Origin: Octopus vulgaris
Lineage: Eukaryota
NCBI GenBank assembly: GCA_951406725.2
Contig: OX597823.1
Coordinates: forward strand, 100,750,001 to 100,814,000
DNA: 64,000 nucleotides
Direction: 5' to 3'
The translations under genes were made by a program, and so were the position numbers. Shown piece after piece: positions 34,290 through 48,646 of the stretch. Each line of letters begins with the position of its first letter. Positions within the stretch are counted from its first letter, which is position 1. The notes beneath the pieces are model-generated. The model made no database searches and had not been told where the DNA came from. It saw only the letters and a list, made by a program, of their open reading frames with translations.

Positions 34290-36166
34290 TTGCAGATAGC
34301 AAATATGGACAAAGTCTCTTTGACATTTGAGGCACCATCAAACAAGGTGGTAGGATCCAAGAGTGCTAAAATTGTGACTTAAAACATGCGGTCATGAAAA
34401 AACACACTACAGAGTTGTATTGGCATGTTGTGCTGATGGCACAAAACTGCCATCTTTTTTAGTTTTTAAAAGAAAGACAGTGCCTAAAGAAAGGACACTC
34501 AATATCATTTATGTTCATGTCCACCCAAAAGGCTGGATAGATGAGAAAGGAATGAAATTGTGACTTGATAAAGTGTGGTCCAGGTGCCCTGGTGGGTTTG
34601 TAGCAAGTATTGTTATGGCTAAATAATAATAAAAGGAACAGAGTTACGTCCCCTCATTCTGTTGTCGGTAGTTGGCACTTTGATGGTACTGTACTTCCAG
34701 CAGTCTTTGTGACGTAGCATTCCCGCTCTAAAGATATATAAACTCTAAATGGACAATTAGTCTCTCTTATCTTATTTTCGCGCGACTCTCACTGGCCTGA
34801 GCTCTTGACTCCTGGCTCTTGGAGCAGTTGGCTCACTTTGCTCTTAGGCTACCTCTCTTCTGTTCCAGCAGAAATCCCATAAGATGAACCTTTAACCATT
34901 AATGCCAACTGGCTTATTCTCCAGCCAACTACTGACCAACTCATTTTCACTAGCTACAAAACGACCACGTTCATACACCTTTTACTATTTCATTTGCATA
35001 TTTTGTAAAAGCACAGTTATATAAAAACTTGTTATCTAAACTTTTGTCCCATCAACGTACATGCAGCTTAACACAACACAAACAAGAAAACTGGACTCAT
35101 GTTTGACTCTTCACTAAAGGTTATTAAAGAAACCTGCCTTATTAGTTTGGGACCAGTTTCAAGCTCAGAGAACTGAGCTTGTTAAGGAGAAACTTGGAGA
35201 ACTGAAGACCCAGTTAGCTGTAATTCCAGGAGGTCTAACCAGTTAGTTACAGCCTTTAGATGTTTCAATCAATAAACCATTTAAAAACTTCAAGTGGGAG
35301 GGGGGAGCAAATGGATGCAGTCTTCAGATTTTGAATTGACACCAACAGGAAGAAGGAAGAGGCCTTCTATTATTACACAAGTGTGTGAGTGGGTAAAAAG
35401 TTCGTGGAATGTTGTAAAAGAAGTGGTAGTTGTGAAATCATTAAAAAAAGTGTGGCATTAGTAATGCCTTTGATTGTTCTGAGGATGATTTATTGTTTGA
35501 AGAAGATATTCATCAGCCAGATCCTATTGTAGAGAATTCTACTGACGAAGAGAGCACCGGTAATATGGATGGCAGCAGTGAGAATGAGTAACTGTAACTA
35601 TCTATAGGAATTCATCAGATTTTTTGTACTTTGCAGATTGGTTTCTACCAATTTTTATCAGTATATTTGCTTTTTGGTTTGCATGGAGCAAGATTCATCA
35701 TCATCATCATCATCATCCTCATCGTTTAGCGTCCGTTTTCCATGCTAGCATGGGTTGGACGGTTCGACCGGGCTCTGGGAAGCCAGAAGGCTGCGCCAGG
35801 CTCCAGTCTGATCTGGCAGTGTTTCTACAGCTGGATGCCCTTCCTAACGCCAACCACTCCGTGAGTGTAGTGGGTGCTTTTTACGTGCCACCAGCACAGG
35901 TGCCAGGCGAGGCTGGCAATGGCCATGATCGGTTGTACATTTCTTTTTTGCTATGGCAAATTTAATTTAAGGTAAGTATAAAACTACTTATGATTCCATA
36001 CTTTATTCCAGTATTCTGTCACAATGTTGCACAGAATCAGACAATTTCCCCTACAAAACCACTTTAAAGAATATTTCAATAAATGTATAATGAAACACTC
36101 AAATTGTATTTTTCTGCAAAATATCCTTGTAAAATAGAGGTGCAACCATTGCATAGGCAACTACGG
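34290..36166 (+). mobile_element. pogo-family (DDE_1) DNA transposon remnant, interrupted by a solo LTR and an RTE tail
   Basis: IANMD, GHEK..VVLACCADGTKLP, KGWIDE, PGGLLKKPALLVWDQF, IPGGLT.LQPLDVSINKPFK; terminal ...tacgg-TA at 36162-36168. Confidence 0.85.
34599..35118. mobile_element. Probable solo LTR (520 bp) with 4-bp GGTT target duplication
   Basis: Termini TGTAG...CTAAA (CTACA with one change); GGTT at 34595-34598 and 35119-35122; removal restores the pogo frame PGGLLKKP. Confidence 0.7.
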
Positions 36167-36585
36167 TATGGCTAGAGGGCTGACTGTCAATGCCCTTCAA
36201 CAACAAAACATCCTGATAAGCTAAGTGGCTACTATTAAATTTGGGCCACGACAGACAGGTAGGATGTTCTTGAAGCTGAGGATTTTAAACTGAGAGAGAC
36301 GATATTTACATATCACCTGAGGAAACAAAACTAGATCTCATAATGCAGGGAAACAGCTGCATAACTAAGTACCTCACACCTGGAGAACTGCTTTGCATTG
36401 AAACATTTGTAGTGATTAAAAAAAATGTCCAACCGTATTCCTTCTTGTTGACTTCAATTTCTTCGATTATCTATTCACACATGACAGAAGCCCAAATGCA
36501 AACCAGGAAGTACGTATAATACCACTACTGGATAGCACAGGGTAAAATCTGAACTCTACTATGTTCTTAACAGAATATACCATAT

Positions 36586-36820
36586 TAAGGTGGCGAGCTG
36601 GCAGAAACATTAGCATGCCGGGCAAAATGCTTAGTGGTATTTCATCTGCCGCTACGTTCTGAGTTCAAATTCTACCGAAGTTGACTTTGCCTTTCATCCT
36701 TTCGGGGTTGATAAATTAAGTACCAGTTACGCACTGGGGTTGATGTAATTGACTTAATCCCTTTGTCTGTCCTTGTTTGTCCCCTTTATGTTTAGCCCCT
36801 TGTGGGCGATAAAGAAATAA
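36586..36820 (+). mobile_element. Meta-domain tRNA-derived SINE (eroded copies at 39540-39765, 39790-39995, 45040-45170 and 63170-63366)
   Basis: B-box gagttcaaatt, core gcctttcatcctttcggggttgataaa, A-rich end, approximate TSD agaatatac(c/t)ata. Confidence 0.8.
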
Positions 36821-36839
36821 GAATATACTATAGCTATAT

Positions 36840-36989
36840 ATATCAAACATTTTAATTGAGTTAGAAAATAGAGATATCTAATGGATACAAATTGATTTAT
36901 TAATTAATCAACATATGTTAATTAATTAATAAATTAATTTGTATCCATTAGATCTCTATGTTTTCTAACTTGATTAAAATGTTTGATAT
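36840..36989. repeat. 150-bp near-perfect palindrome centred on CATATG (36912-36917)
   Basis: Arms are complementary with a few mismatches. Confidence 0.9.
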
Positions 36990-37132
36990 TAGACGATATT
37001 CTACATAATATATTCATTGAAGAATTATCTCTTCAATATTTAATATATTAAACCAGTGTATCTTGGATGAATACCCCTATAAGAGGTTTAGATATCTTCG
37101 CTGTGACTATATATATTTATATATATATAAAT

Positions 37133-37445
37133 GAGCACTCTGTCAGTTACAACAACGAGGGCCCCATCTGATATGATCAACAGACCAGCCTGCTCGTGAA
37201 ATTAATGAGCAAGTGACTGAGCAATCCACAGACATGCATACCCTTAAAGTAGTTCTCAGGGAGATTCAGCATGACACAGAGTGTGACAAGGTCAGCCCTC
37301 TGAAATACATGTACAACTAATTTTTGCCAGCTGAGTGGAGTGGAGCAATATGAAAAAAAGTGTCTTGTTCAAGGACACAACGTGTCGCTGGGAATTGAAC
37401 TCACGACCTTACAATCGTGAGCCGAATGCCCTAACTATTAAGCCA
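37133..37445 (-). mobile_element. tRNA/CORE-type SINE
   Basis: Homologous to 45352-45668; gttgtgtccttga.caagacact core. Confidence 0.8.
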
Positions 37446-37466
37446 ATATATATATATTTATATATA

Positions 37467-38346
37467 TGAGGTGGTATCAAAAAGTTGCAGGACAAGTTGT
37501 TATGTTTGATAAAAACCAAAACTTATTTACCAAAGTTTTTAACATCATCTCTGTCCACCTTGCACAGCAATGCTGATCCCAGTATTTCTGCTACTTTTGG
37601 AATCCTGCTTAGAAGTTGTTTTCTGTAAGCAAGTTGAGGATCTTCTGCAATTCACTCTGGATCTCAACAATGGTGTTAAAATAGGGACCTTTGAGCTGCA
37701 TTTTCATCTTGGGTAAGAGATGAAAGCCCACAGGGGCTAAATCAGGTGAACAGGGTTGATGTGGAAGTGATATCATGTTGTTTTGGGCAAGAAACTCAGT
37801 GACAGTGCATTGTTGTTGTGAAGAACCCAATTCTTTGCCCTCCACAGATTCAGTCGCTTTGATCAAATGTCCTTCCTCAAATGCTTCAAAACATTGCAGT
37901 AGAACTCTTGATTGATGGTCCGGCCCTGGGGGATGAATTCTCTATGCACAATACCACATTTCCAGGGGTGATGCTTGTGGTAGGTCTCCCAGATCACTCA
38001 TCATCATCCTGGGAAGTTCTTCCACTTTTGAAGTGCCACTCGAAACATTTCCTCGTTGCTGTAAGCTTACCAAAGCATGCGCAATGTCTCTGCAGCAGAC
38101 TTCACAAGTTTAATGCAAAATTTCCTGTTGGTTCTTTGTTCCTGTCCATGACAAAAATCACAGACTACAGCATTCACATGTGATCACAAAGACACAAATT
38201 TCACAACTTGCAAAATAAACACAGCAATGTCACTCAGCCCACTGCCTCCTGAAGGTCATTGCTAGCTGGCACGGTGCATGCAACCGTGTGCTGCCATCTG
38301 ATGGCGCACTACAGAACTAATCCGGGAATTTTTTGATACCACTTCA
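37467..38346 (-). mobile_element. Internally deleted mariner transposon with TIRs and TA duplication
   Basis: TIRs tgaggtggtatcaaaaa / ttttgataccacttca flanked by TA; HQPCSPDLAP..F.L.PKMK..LKG remnant. Confidence 0.88.
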
Positions 38347-39006
38347 TATATAGTGAGAGAGAGAGAGATAAACACATGTAACACATACACACACACACAT
38401 GCTGTTCACACACAGAGATACAGATAAGAGGAAAAATTACATTTGAATCTCAGAAACATAAAGAAACAGAGATATAAAGAATGAGCGGGGGGGGGGGTAG
38501 GACATATTGCTAAAATATCTCAGCTGCCTTACTGGCAAAGCAGACATAGATAGGGGTCTATATAAATGCTTTTTAACAAACTATTGGTCTTATTTTACAC
38601 AGGACATTTTTCAAAGTTTGTTATATAATCAAACAATGTTTTATTCACAAATAACTAATGAATAAAATACTGAATATTTCAATAAGTAAATGCTGTAAAG
38701 ACGGATGTGTTTTGTAAATAGTGACCCACTTCTGACTATTTTTGAACTTCATATCTAAGCTGATAGTCTTGAAAAGAATGAACTTGAAATTTAGGGATGG
38801 GTATAAATAAATAGAATATACACATCTGCTTTTTGCTCCAGGCACAAGGCCAGTGTTTTTGAAGCAGAAGAGGGACATGGATGGCTGGATATGTTGAATT
38901 TTCTACATTATATCCTCTGTTAACTATTTTATCAAAAACACTGGGGAGATGGAAATCAAGAGTTTTTAAGATGGTACTTAGTAAAAAAAAGATTAGTAGG
39001 TGGAAT

Positions 39007-39080
<74 letters not shown>

Positions 39081-40289
39081 GGTTTTAGATATGGAAATAA
39101 CATGTCCAGGGTAATGTTCTTACTTTCTTGAATCATTCAATGTTTGGTGCCTGTTGTCATCATTGTCACTGCCATCATCATCATCATCATCACTGTCATT
39201 GTTATTGTCCTTCTCATCATCATCACCACCACCAAATCTCATCATCATCATCACCACCAAAGCCACGACCAATAACATCATTGTCATCAACACTAACGAT
39301 TAATAATGTTAACTTTTGCAATGCTATCAAGGGCTCCTGGATAGATTGTCATCACAACACCATGTCTATTTCCTCAGCTGTCTTTATTTAGTCCCATTTA
39401 CCTTGTCAGTGGCACCAAACTTTCTAAGGTCCTGTTCTAATTAGAATTTTATAAGGTTTCATTAACTTACCTCGAATTCTCGGATCTGTAACATTTTTCA
39501 CTCAGCAAGTTTTATCAATTGATATTATCATAAACCCTGATAAGATGGTGAGCTGTCAGAATTGTTAAAACAAAATGCTTTGTGCTATTTTGCCTGACTT
39601 ATATTTGACATCCTCAGTTAAAATGCCACAAAGGCCAACTTTGTATGTCATCCTTTTCCCCATTGATAAAACAATGTGCCAATCAAATACAAGGTTTGTG
39701 TTATTGATTAACATCCCCTCACTAAAATTGCTGGCCTTGTGCCAAAATTTGAAACAAAATTATCATTATTATTATTATTAGAACAAAGAAGTTGGCAAGC
39801 TGATAGAATCATTAGAATGTCAGATGAAATGCTTAGTGGCATTTCTTCTGACTCTTTACTGTCCGAGTTCAAATCCTGCTGAGGTCAACTTTAACTTTAT
39901 TTCTTTTGAGGTCAATAAAATAAAGTTGATGTAATCAACTTGACTCCCTCCCTTCAGAATTGCTGACCTTGTGCCAAAATCAGAAAAGATTATCATTAAC
40001 CCTGACTAGGTCCCTAAAATAAAGTATGAGTGAAAGGACTGCAGGTGATGTTTACCCTTTCAATTCCATATTTCTGTTGAAATATACTACTTTTGATTAA
40101 AAAAAAAATTGAAATAATAAAGAATTCATCATCATCATAATTTTTCCATGCTGGCGTATAGTTGGACAGGAGTTGTCCAGACTCCAGTTGTCTGTTTTGA
40201 CATGGTTTCTATGGCTGGATGCCCTTCCTAATGCCAACCACTTTACAAAATGTGCCAGGTGCATTTATGCAGCACCAGCACAAGTGCAT

Positions 40290-41800
40290 CTTATGTGGCA
40301 CTGGCACCTGCAAAAGACATACATGGATGACCACACAAGTACAGCAAATCGCCACAAGTCCTGCTCCCTTGTTATTTCCTCAGTGAGGCCCTGCATCTGA
40401 AGATCCTTTCTCGTCACTTTGTTCCATGCTTTCCTGGGTCTACCCCCTTCTACACGTTTCACCCACAATTAAAGATCAGCACCTCTTTTCACAGCTGTCC
40501 TCATCCATACACACCACATGACCAAACCAGCACAGTCTTCTCTCTTGCACACAACATCTGATGCCTCTTACACTCAGTTTTCGTCTTGTGCACATTGACA
40601 TTATCCATCCTGGCTTCATTTCTTTCAAGCCTTTGCATGTACTCAGCAGTTACAGTTCATGTTTAACTGCTGTATGGCATAGCTGTTTATACAATCCCTC
40701 TGAGGGAGAAGCCCTTACTTACCAACACAGGTAGAAGCTCTCTGAACTTTGCCCAACCTGTTCTTATTCTTACAACTATGCTTTCAGAATTTCCTCAATA
40801 ACTGCTAATTTGGTTGCATAGGTAGCAGAAGCTATCTACTAGTTCTAATGATGCCCCTGAGCATTTGAGGGAGTCTATTGTCTACACATTTTTAGTGCTT
40901 ATTGTACCTGCATATTTTCCACACACAAAGACTATTTTTTCCATTAACCTTCCTGTGTCCAAAGCTTGCACTAGGTACAATATATGGAGTTTCTACCAAC
41001 ACCCTTCTCACATATCAAGCAGGGCCATCTCCCTGAAGGAATAAGTGATTTGTCTGTTTTCCTATTGACAAGGACTTTGGTTTTTGCTAAATTAATTCTA
41101 AGGCCCATAGATTTCAGGCCTTGCTTCCACACCTGAAATTTCTTCTCTAGTTCTGGTAGTGATTTAGCTTTAAGAACAAGGTCATCAGTGTAGAGAAGCC
41201 CTCAGAGACAGCCTGTCTTGAATTTCTTTGTTATGGCCTGGAGGATTATGATAAATAAGAGGAGGCTGAGAACTGAACTCTGGTGAACACCTGCTTGTAC
41301 ACTGAATGTGTTGCTATACTTATTACTGAGTTTCACCTTACTGACAGAATCCCTGTACATGGTCTGTACAGCTCTCACCAATGGCTCATTTATCCCTGCA
41401 TTGACTACTAGATAAGGGAGTGGGTGACCCTGTCCATAAAAGCCAAGTGCTTCTCTTGCAGTTGCCTCTCCAGGGATATAGCATTCATCCTGGCATAAAA
41501 TTAAACTGCTTCTCATCTAGGCTTTCTTCTTGATTGATTGAGGCATGACCCTTTTTGTAACTCTCATTACCTGGTCCAGCAATTTGATGCCCTCTGTAAT
41601 TATTTCTAAGGCATCACCTTTACCTTTGTAGCAGTTGACTATAATGCTGTTACACCAGTTGTTGTTGAGTACGACTTCCTCATGGACAACCTGATTATAG
41701 GATGACTAGGCCATATCCCACTCCACCAGATATTTTAAGCATCTCAGTGGTAATTCTTGACGGAACAGGGTATTTCCCTGTCTTCATATCCTTAATTGCT
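40290..41800 (-). mobile_element. Old RTE LINE fragment
   Basis: AVQTMY, GVHQSSVLS, GRPRKAW remnants. Confidence 0.85.
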
Positions 41801-41939
41801 TTATCTGTTAAGCTACCATTGATTTGGATAGCTGGCCCCTCAGAGTTTGGTTTGTTGGGGTAGGGTGTGTGAAAAATATTGTTACATGCGGGTGAAACAC
41901 ACAGTGCTTCCAGAACTCACTTCCATGGAAGTGGGCAGG

Positions 41940-43235
41940 TCCTCTCAAGAACCTCATATCGCAAGACATCTTGGCTCATTGTCATCTCCTCCATGAGGCC
42001 CAACATCCTAAGATCAGTTCTCACTACTTCATCCCATGTCTTCCTCTTCCACAGTTGCCATCCACTCTCATCCAAACCAGCATAGTCTTCTCTCTTGCAT
42101 GCTGCATATAATTTCTCTTATGTCCAACTTTTCTCTCAGTCCATTTACACTTTGTTGTACATACACACTGACGTTGCACATCCATCAGACCACACTACCT
42201 TCATTCCTACCTAATCTATGCACACCTTCAGCAATCAGAGCCCATGTCTCACTACCATGGAGATACCATGTATCATACAATCTGCCTTTCACTTAGAGAG
42301 AGAGTACTTTTGTATGCAGTAGAGGTAATAGTTCTCTGAACTTTCTCCATCTTATTCTTATTCTAGCAACAATAATTTCAGAACATATTCCACCCCTGCT
42401 AATTTGGTTACCTAGGTAACAGGAACTATCTTCAACCTCAAGAGAGCATCCTGGGTATTTGAGAGAGTCTAATTCCTGTATGTCCTGAGTGTGTATTGTT
42501 CTTGCACGCCTACCACATACAAAGATGACTTTTTCTGTTAATCTTTGATTTCACTGCACCTTTTACATGTCTCCAACTTACACTGGCAGCAATGAAAGGA
42601 ATTACTTTCAACTCCTTTCCTACATACTGAGCAGGGCCATTTACCTGATGGAAAGAGAATTTTACTACTTTCTTGCTAACAACTTTGGTCTTTGCTAGGT
42701 TAACTTTAAGGCCCTTTAATTCCCAGTTTTGCATCCATACCTGTAATTTCTTCTCCAATTCTGCTACAACTCTGCCAGAAAAGCAAAGTCATCAGCATAT
42801 AGTTGTTCACACGGGCAGCCAATTTTTAAATTCCTCTGGGATTTAAAAGCCTGGAGGGCTATGGTAAACAAGAGTGGACTAAGAACTGAGCCCTGGTGAA
42901 CTCCTACTAGTATGCTAAATTCATCACTGTGTTCATGGTTGACTCTCACTCTAATAACAGCACCACTATATATGGCTTGTACAGCTCTAGCAAGCCACTC
43001 ATCTACTCCTAACTTCTTTAGAGACCACTCGATAACAGAGTGAGGGACTGTCAAAAGCTTTCTCAAGGTTCACAAAAGCCAAGTACAATGGCTTACTTTG
43101 GGCCTGATACTTCTGCAGCTATCTCACTAGGAAGATGGCATCTGTGGTACTCTTCCCGGGCACAAAACCAAACTGCATCTTGTTTACTTTTAACTCTATT
43201 CGTAATCAATTGAGATATAACTCTCTTGGTAATTT
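41940..43235 (-). mobile_element. Old RTE LINE fragment
   Basis: GVHQGSVLSPLLF, LYADD, KGLKVNLAKTK. Confidence 0.85.
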
Positions 43236-44132
43236 TCATGACCTGGCCCAGCAGACAGAAAAAGAGAGAGAGAGGGGGGGGGGGAGAGAGAGAGAAGGAG
43301 AAGGGGAGACCAGAAATATAATTTTTACATGTGATAGCAGAAAACTCAAGTTCACACCCACGTTTTACATATTCTGTTCCTTGGTGGGAAAGTGTTGTTC
43401 ATCTCAGGTATGAATTAACACATTTAATTGGCAAACATGCATGCATGTGCACACACACATAATTTCAGACTTATATCTCTTAGATTGGCTTGTGAAGGCA
43501 TATATGTTTGCTGAAGGGAAAAAACTGCATCATATAAAATCAACTGGAGACTGCTGGAAAATGCAGACCATACCTCTGCTGCATCAGTGGGTGCAAGCTT
43601 TGTTTGACAGAGAAAATAATTATCTTGAAGAATTTGCTTTGTGCAAGGGCCTCCTAGAATCCTAAAACTAAGGTTTTCTTTCCTTGAAAAGAAGTACATT
43701 TAACTAGTTGGTCAAGTTCAACCTAGCAGTAAGAACTGGTGTTTACTCTTTGGAGTTATTTTCATCCCACCAGAGGCATACTGACTCTCATCCTTTTCTT
43801 TCCTCTCTCCTCCCCATAACCCTATACCCTTTTGTCTCTTCCTTCATAATTTCCTCTCTCTCTCTCTCTCTATCACTCTCCTTTCACCTTCTGTCTCTCA
43901 CCACCACCCTCTCTCTCTCTCTACACACACACAAATTTTTATGGAATAAACAGGAGTGTACACGCAGACACACACACATTCATTACTCATCAGCAGAAAA
44001 GTTATCAAAGTGACTCAAAGGCCAAGACTTTCCTGCACAGCCTTTAATCCAATGTTCACTTATTTAGTGACTTGCATAAAACCCTCAGTCCTTCAGTTAC
44101 TTTTAATATGTTTATGCATTTGTTTGTTTGTT

Positions 44133-44163
<31 letters not shown>

Positions 44164-45351
44164 CTATTGTCTGCAGAGCTATATATACATATATATATAG
44201 CCCTGTCTGTCTCTCTCATTCTCTCTCTGTCCCTCTCTCTCTTTCTTTCTCTCTCTCTCTCTCTCTATGTGACTTTAAAACAAGTAAATTAGTTTAAATT
44301 ATATGATTTCATCTTTAAAACTTGTTTTATCCGCAAGAACCAATTTTACTAACCAGCACTAGCACCACCACCTTTACCAACATTCCCATCACCACTGCTG
44401 CCACCGCCACCACCGTTACCACCACTACCACTACTGCCACTGCTGCTGCCAATAGAAGAACAGGGAAGCATTAAGGAATGATAGAAGGACAGTGCAATAT
44501 AGAACCAAAACAAACGTACAAGGTTACAACTACAGGTAGCGAGGAACTGAGAGAAGCACAGAGAAATTATGGTGGCAAAGGAAAAAGCAAAGGAAGCAGA
44601 AGAGTGGAAGAATGTTGAACTAATCTTATCTAGACACACACACACACACACTCATGCAGAAATTGAGGAGTCAAGAAGCAGTTTCCCAAAAGTTGACCTT
44701 TCAGGAGTTGATATTTCCATGACTGGATGGAACAACAGATGTTTCATGATCCAATTCCAGCAAAGAGGAGAAGGGGAAGAATTAGTTTGGGTGAGTTTTA
44801 TACAAAGAAAGGAACAGGGCAACAATGATGATAATGAAGGTGGGTGGTGGGTGGTGGTAATGGTGTCAATGATGGTGATGATGATGATGATGGTGAGGTA
44901 GTGGAGGTGATGATGGGTGATAGTGATGGTGGTAGTGGTGGTGATGACAACAACGACGATGATTATGGTGATAGTAATGATCTTGGTAACAATGACGACA
45001 ATAGTATTATTGGGCTTTTTTCCTTTTACAGCTGGGAGGCTTTGTAAGAGTTTTAAATTAATTCCACTGCTTATTCTTCATTTCATCAGCTCTAGAATGA
45101 TGAAAGCCAAAACTGACCTTGGCAGGATTTGAACTCAGAACTTAGGGAACCTTAACTAAATACAGCCATTATTTTGTTTGATGCTGTAGTGACAATAACA
45201 ATGTAGACATTGATCAGGATAGTAGTGGAAATATTGGTTGTATTACCATTATTGTTTAATCACAGATCAGCCCTCATTAATCAAGTTTATGACCAAAGGC
45301 ATTCCAACCTGGGCCATCACATCTTTTTAGAGATATTTAGAAATTAAAAAA

Positions 45352-45668
45352 AGACTCCGCCGGTTACGACGACGAGGGTCCCAGCTGATACGATCAACGG
45401 AACAGCTTGCTCGTGAAATTAACGTGCAAATGGCTGAGCATTCCACAGACACGTGTACCCTTAACGTAGTTGTCGGGGATAATCAGCGTGACACAGAGTG
45501 ACAAGGCTGACCCTTTGAAATACAAGTACAACTCATTTTTGCCAGCTGAGTGGACTGGAGCAACGTGAAATAAAGTGTCTTGCTCAAGGACACAACGCGT
45601 CGCCGGGAATCGAACTCACAACCTTACGATCATGAGCCGAATGCCCTAACCACTAAGCCACGCGCCCT
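45352..45668 (-). mobile_element. tRNA/CORE-type SINE, CpG-intact copy
   Basis: Minus strand has A-box tggcttagtgg and B-box gagttcgattcc. Confidence 0.85.
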
Positions 45669-47318
45669 CACATATTTAGAAATACATTATTATCCAATGT
45701 ATTCTCTTTTTCAAGATGGTAAGATTTGACATTGTATGTGTGTGTGTGTGTTTATACATGTGCTCGCATATGTGTGTGAAGGATGGTCCTTTGAATCTTT
45801 GAATTACAAATTCAGAATATCTGTAGGGCTTCCATACCTTTTGCCTACCTAATTTCATTCATAAGGCTTGGGTCCACCTGAAACTATGAAAGACATTTGC
45901 CCAAGGTACCATGCATTGGGACTGAACCCAGAACCACACTGTTGTGAAGTGAACTTCTTTAATATTGAACCTAATACTGCATCCAAAAATGTGTGCTTAT
46001 GAAGGACATAATACATAAAGCTAGAGTCTTCTTGAATATGTCATCAAATTTTTACCTCCTTATGAGGAGACATGGTTGCATAAATGTTACAACACAAGAA
46101 ACATTAAACGTTTGATTGTAATTTGATAGAAGGAAGACAGACCTACATAGAGAAAAAAAAAGTCCTAATGGAGAAGTCTGTTGCATATCAGATATGAATG
46201 TCTTTCAAAACTAGTGGAAGTAACAAATATATGGATTTTGAAATTTGGACAAATCTATATATATATATTTTTTCTTTTGTTCACTCACTCATATACGGTG
46301 CAGCCTTCCAGTGTGTCAACCCAGTCAAACTGTGGACCCATGCCAGCATGGACAATGGACGTTAAATGATGATGATGATATGTAAAACATTGTACATTCT
46401 TAATAATAAATATACATTGGGTGCCATTTAAAAGCACCCAGTACACTCAGTGAAGTGGTTGACGTCAGGAAGGGCATCCAGCGTAGAAACCCTGTCAAAT
46501 CAGACTGTAGTCTGATGCAGCCTGCCACCCACCCACCCCAGCTTGCTAGCTCATGTCAAACCATTTGACCCATACCAGCATGGACAACAACATTAAATGA
46601 TGAAATGATGATGATAATGGTGATGATGGTGATGATTTCAACACTTGCATTGTTACTGAGATTTGTGTAGGCCAATCTGGTAGACGTGAGTTTATGGAAA
46701 CCATAACTCTCTATGAGTTACCATTCTTTCTTTAGTGAGAGAAATGAGTAACCTTTGACAGAGAGATAAAAATACTTAAACAAGTCAATCCAATATATTT
46801 TTCTGAAGACAGAAAAAACCCCATAAGGTTCAGCTACAGTTTCTAGCTAAAAATTGTTTTCTAAACACACACACACACACACACACACACCTATAAGTCT
46901 ATTTCACATCTCTGAGATTGTTTTGTCCGATTCCTAATGAAGGAATCTTGTTTCTTGAAGCCAAATTTACTTTCTAAGAATACTGATATTAACATTAATA
47001 ATAATTAAAATTTTTTATTGGCCATAAGGGCCCAAATACTAATGGCCTAAATATTAAGGGCTCAAATATTAAGGACACTATCAAGGGATGAAATACAAGA
47101 CAAAAGGTTGGGCTCACATCAATTAAAAAGAAACGACAACAAGGATATAATAAAATGAAATAAAAATAGAATTCAGAAAAATCAATCAATAAATAGAATC
47201 CCCAAGAGAGGGGCAGTCCACCAAGAGTAAAGTGGAGAAATCCCCAATCAAAAAGACCTGGATTACTCTGTTGTCTGTAAAGTATCAGAAGTGCCTCATT
47301 TCCAGTTTCTTTCCTACT

Positions 47319-47416
47319 TAAAAATTCAAACTCACCAGTCTTGCCACTCTCATTGACCTTTTGATTTAAATCAAAAGGTCAATGAGAGTGGCAAGACTGG
47401 TGAGTTTGAATTTTTA
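47319..47416. repeat. 98-bp perfect palindrome centred on TTTAAA (47365-47370)
   Basis: Exact reverse-complement arms; sits at a junction within LINE-like debris. Confidence 0.93.
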
Positions 47417-47548
47417 CCTCCTTGAAGGCAGCTACTCATCTCTATACCCTCATCTTTCTCTTCAAATAATACACGAAAAAATTGATGAAAGCTTGACCAG
47501 GAAGAGGAAATGCATAAGACATTCCATAAGACTAACTTCAGGCCAATC

Positions 47549-48400
47549 TTAATTGTTGTGTATCACTGCACACCTTTCTTGCTTTCTCTCCAGGGAGTAG
47601 AGCTTCAGTTCTTGTAGCCTCTCCCATTCGCTCATCAATGTCATCAAGTCAGTCTTCTTTGTGTAGCAGTGTTGGATTGTCTCAAGTTCCGCCACCAATT
47701 TGATGCTGTGTGGTGACCACAATTTGGAGCAGTAATCCAGACAACTGAGGACAAACATAGGAGTTGCAAGGTATCCTTATTTCTGGTTCTGAATGATCTT
47801 AGGATCCATCCAGCTACTTGCCTGCACAGTGTTGCCATCCTGGCAATATGCACAAGGAATGTTGCATCACTACTCATGTGGATTCACAGGTCATGCATCA
47901 ATTCTAACTCTGGGATTACACTGCCCTCTGGTCCAATGTATTCTGATTGTAGTCTGTTTGTGGGCAAATAGCAGAATTCTTGAAACTTAGCAGCATTAAA
48001 CAACATGTTATTTTCATCAGCCCATTTATATATTGCATGCAGGCCATTTTGCAGTTTTACTATATCATCGGGTCCCTCAGTGCCTGAGATACTTTTGCAT
48101 CAGCGTAACTGGTGAGAGTGGCTGACTGAACAACTGACAGCATGAATGAGACAGCCAGTACAAATAGTGGTGGTCCCAATACAGTTCCTTGAGGAACTCC
48201 GCTGTGGATTGATGTCTCCTCAGTGAGATCACCATTGGCTGCAACTGCCTGACTTCTGTCCTTTAAAAAGTTGTGCAGCCACTCTCCTAGTTTTCCAGTG
48301 ATACCAAGGTCACGTAGTTTGTGGCATATCATCCCATGACCAACTTTGTCAAAGGCTTTGGTAAAGTCAAGATATATCACATTTACATTACATTTGTTCC
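47549..48400 (-). pseudogene. CR1/L2-group RT fragment
   Basis: IYLDFTKAFDKV, GVPQGTVLGP, SYAD, LDYCSKLWSPH. Confidence 0.88.
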
Positions 48401-48606
48401 TTTGATTCGTTTCTGTTCTAATTTTGAAACTTATATATATAGTGCGTGTGTTTTTATTGGCTAAACTGGCAATATGACCATTCCGAAATATATATATATA
48501 TATATATATATATTCTTTCCTGAGCGTCAATAATACTTTAATTGTTCCACGTCCTGCGTTGCTGTGTTTTTTTTCTCTTTTTTTCTGTGTTTTCTTGTTT
48601 GGATTA

Positions 48607-48642
<36 letters not shown>

Positions 48643-48646
<4 letters not shown>

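Noticed and set aside
43424-43699. Short non-repetitive ORFs on both strands (also 38645-38878 and 44569-44901)
   Set aside because: No recognisable domain or convincing splice-site pair; host exons cannot be excluded.
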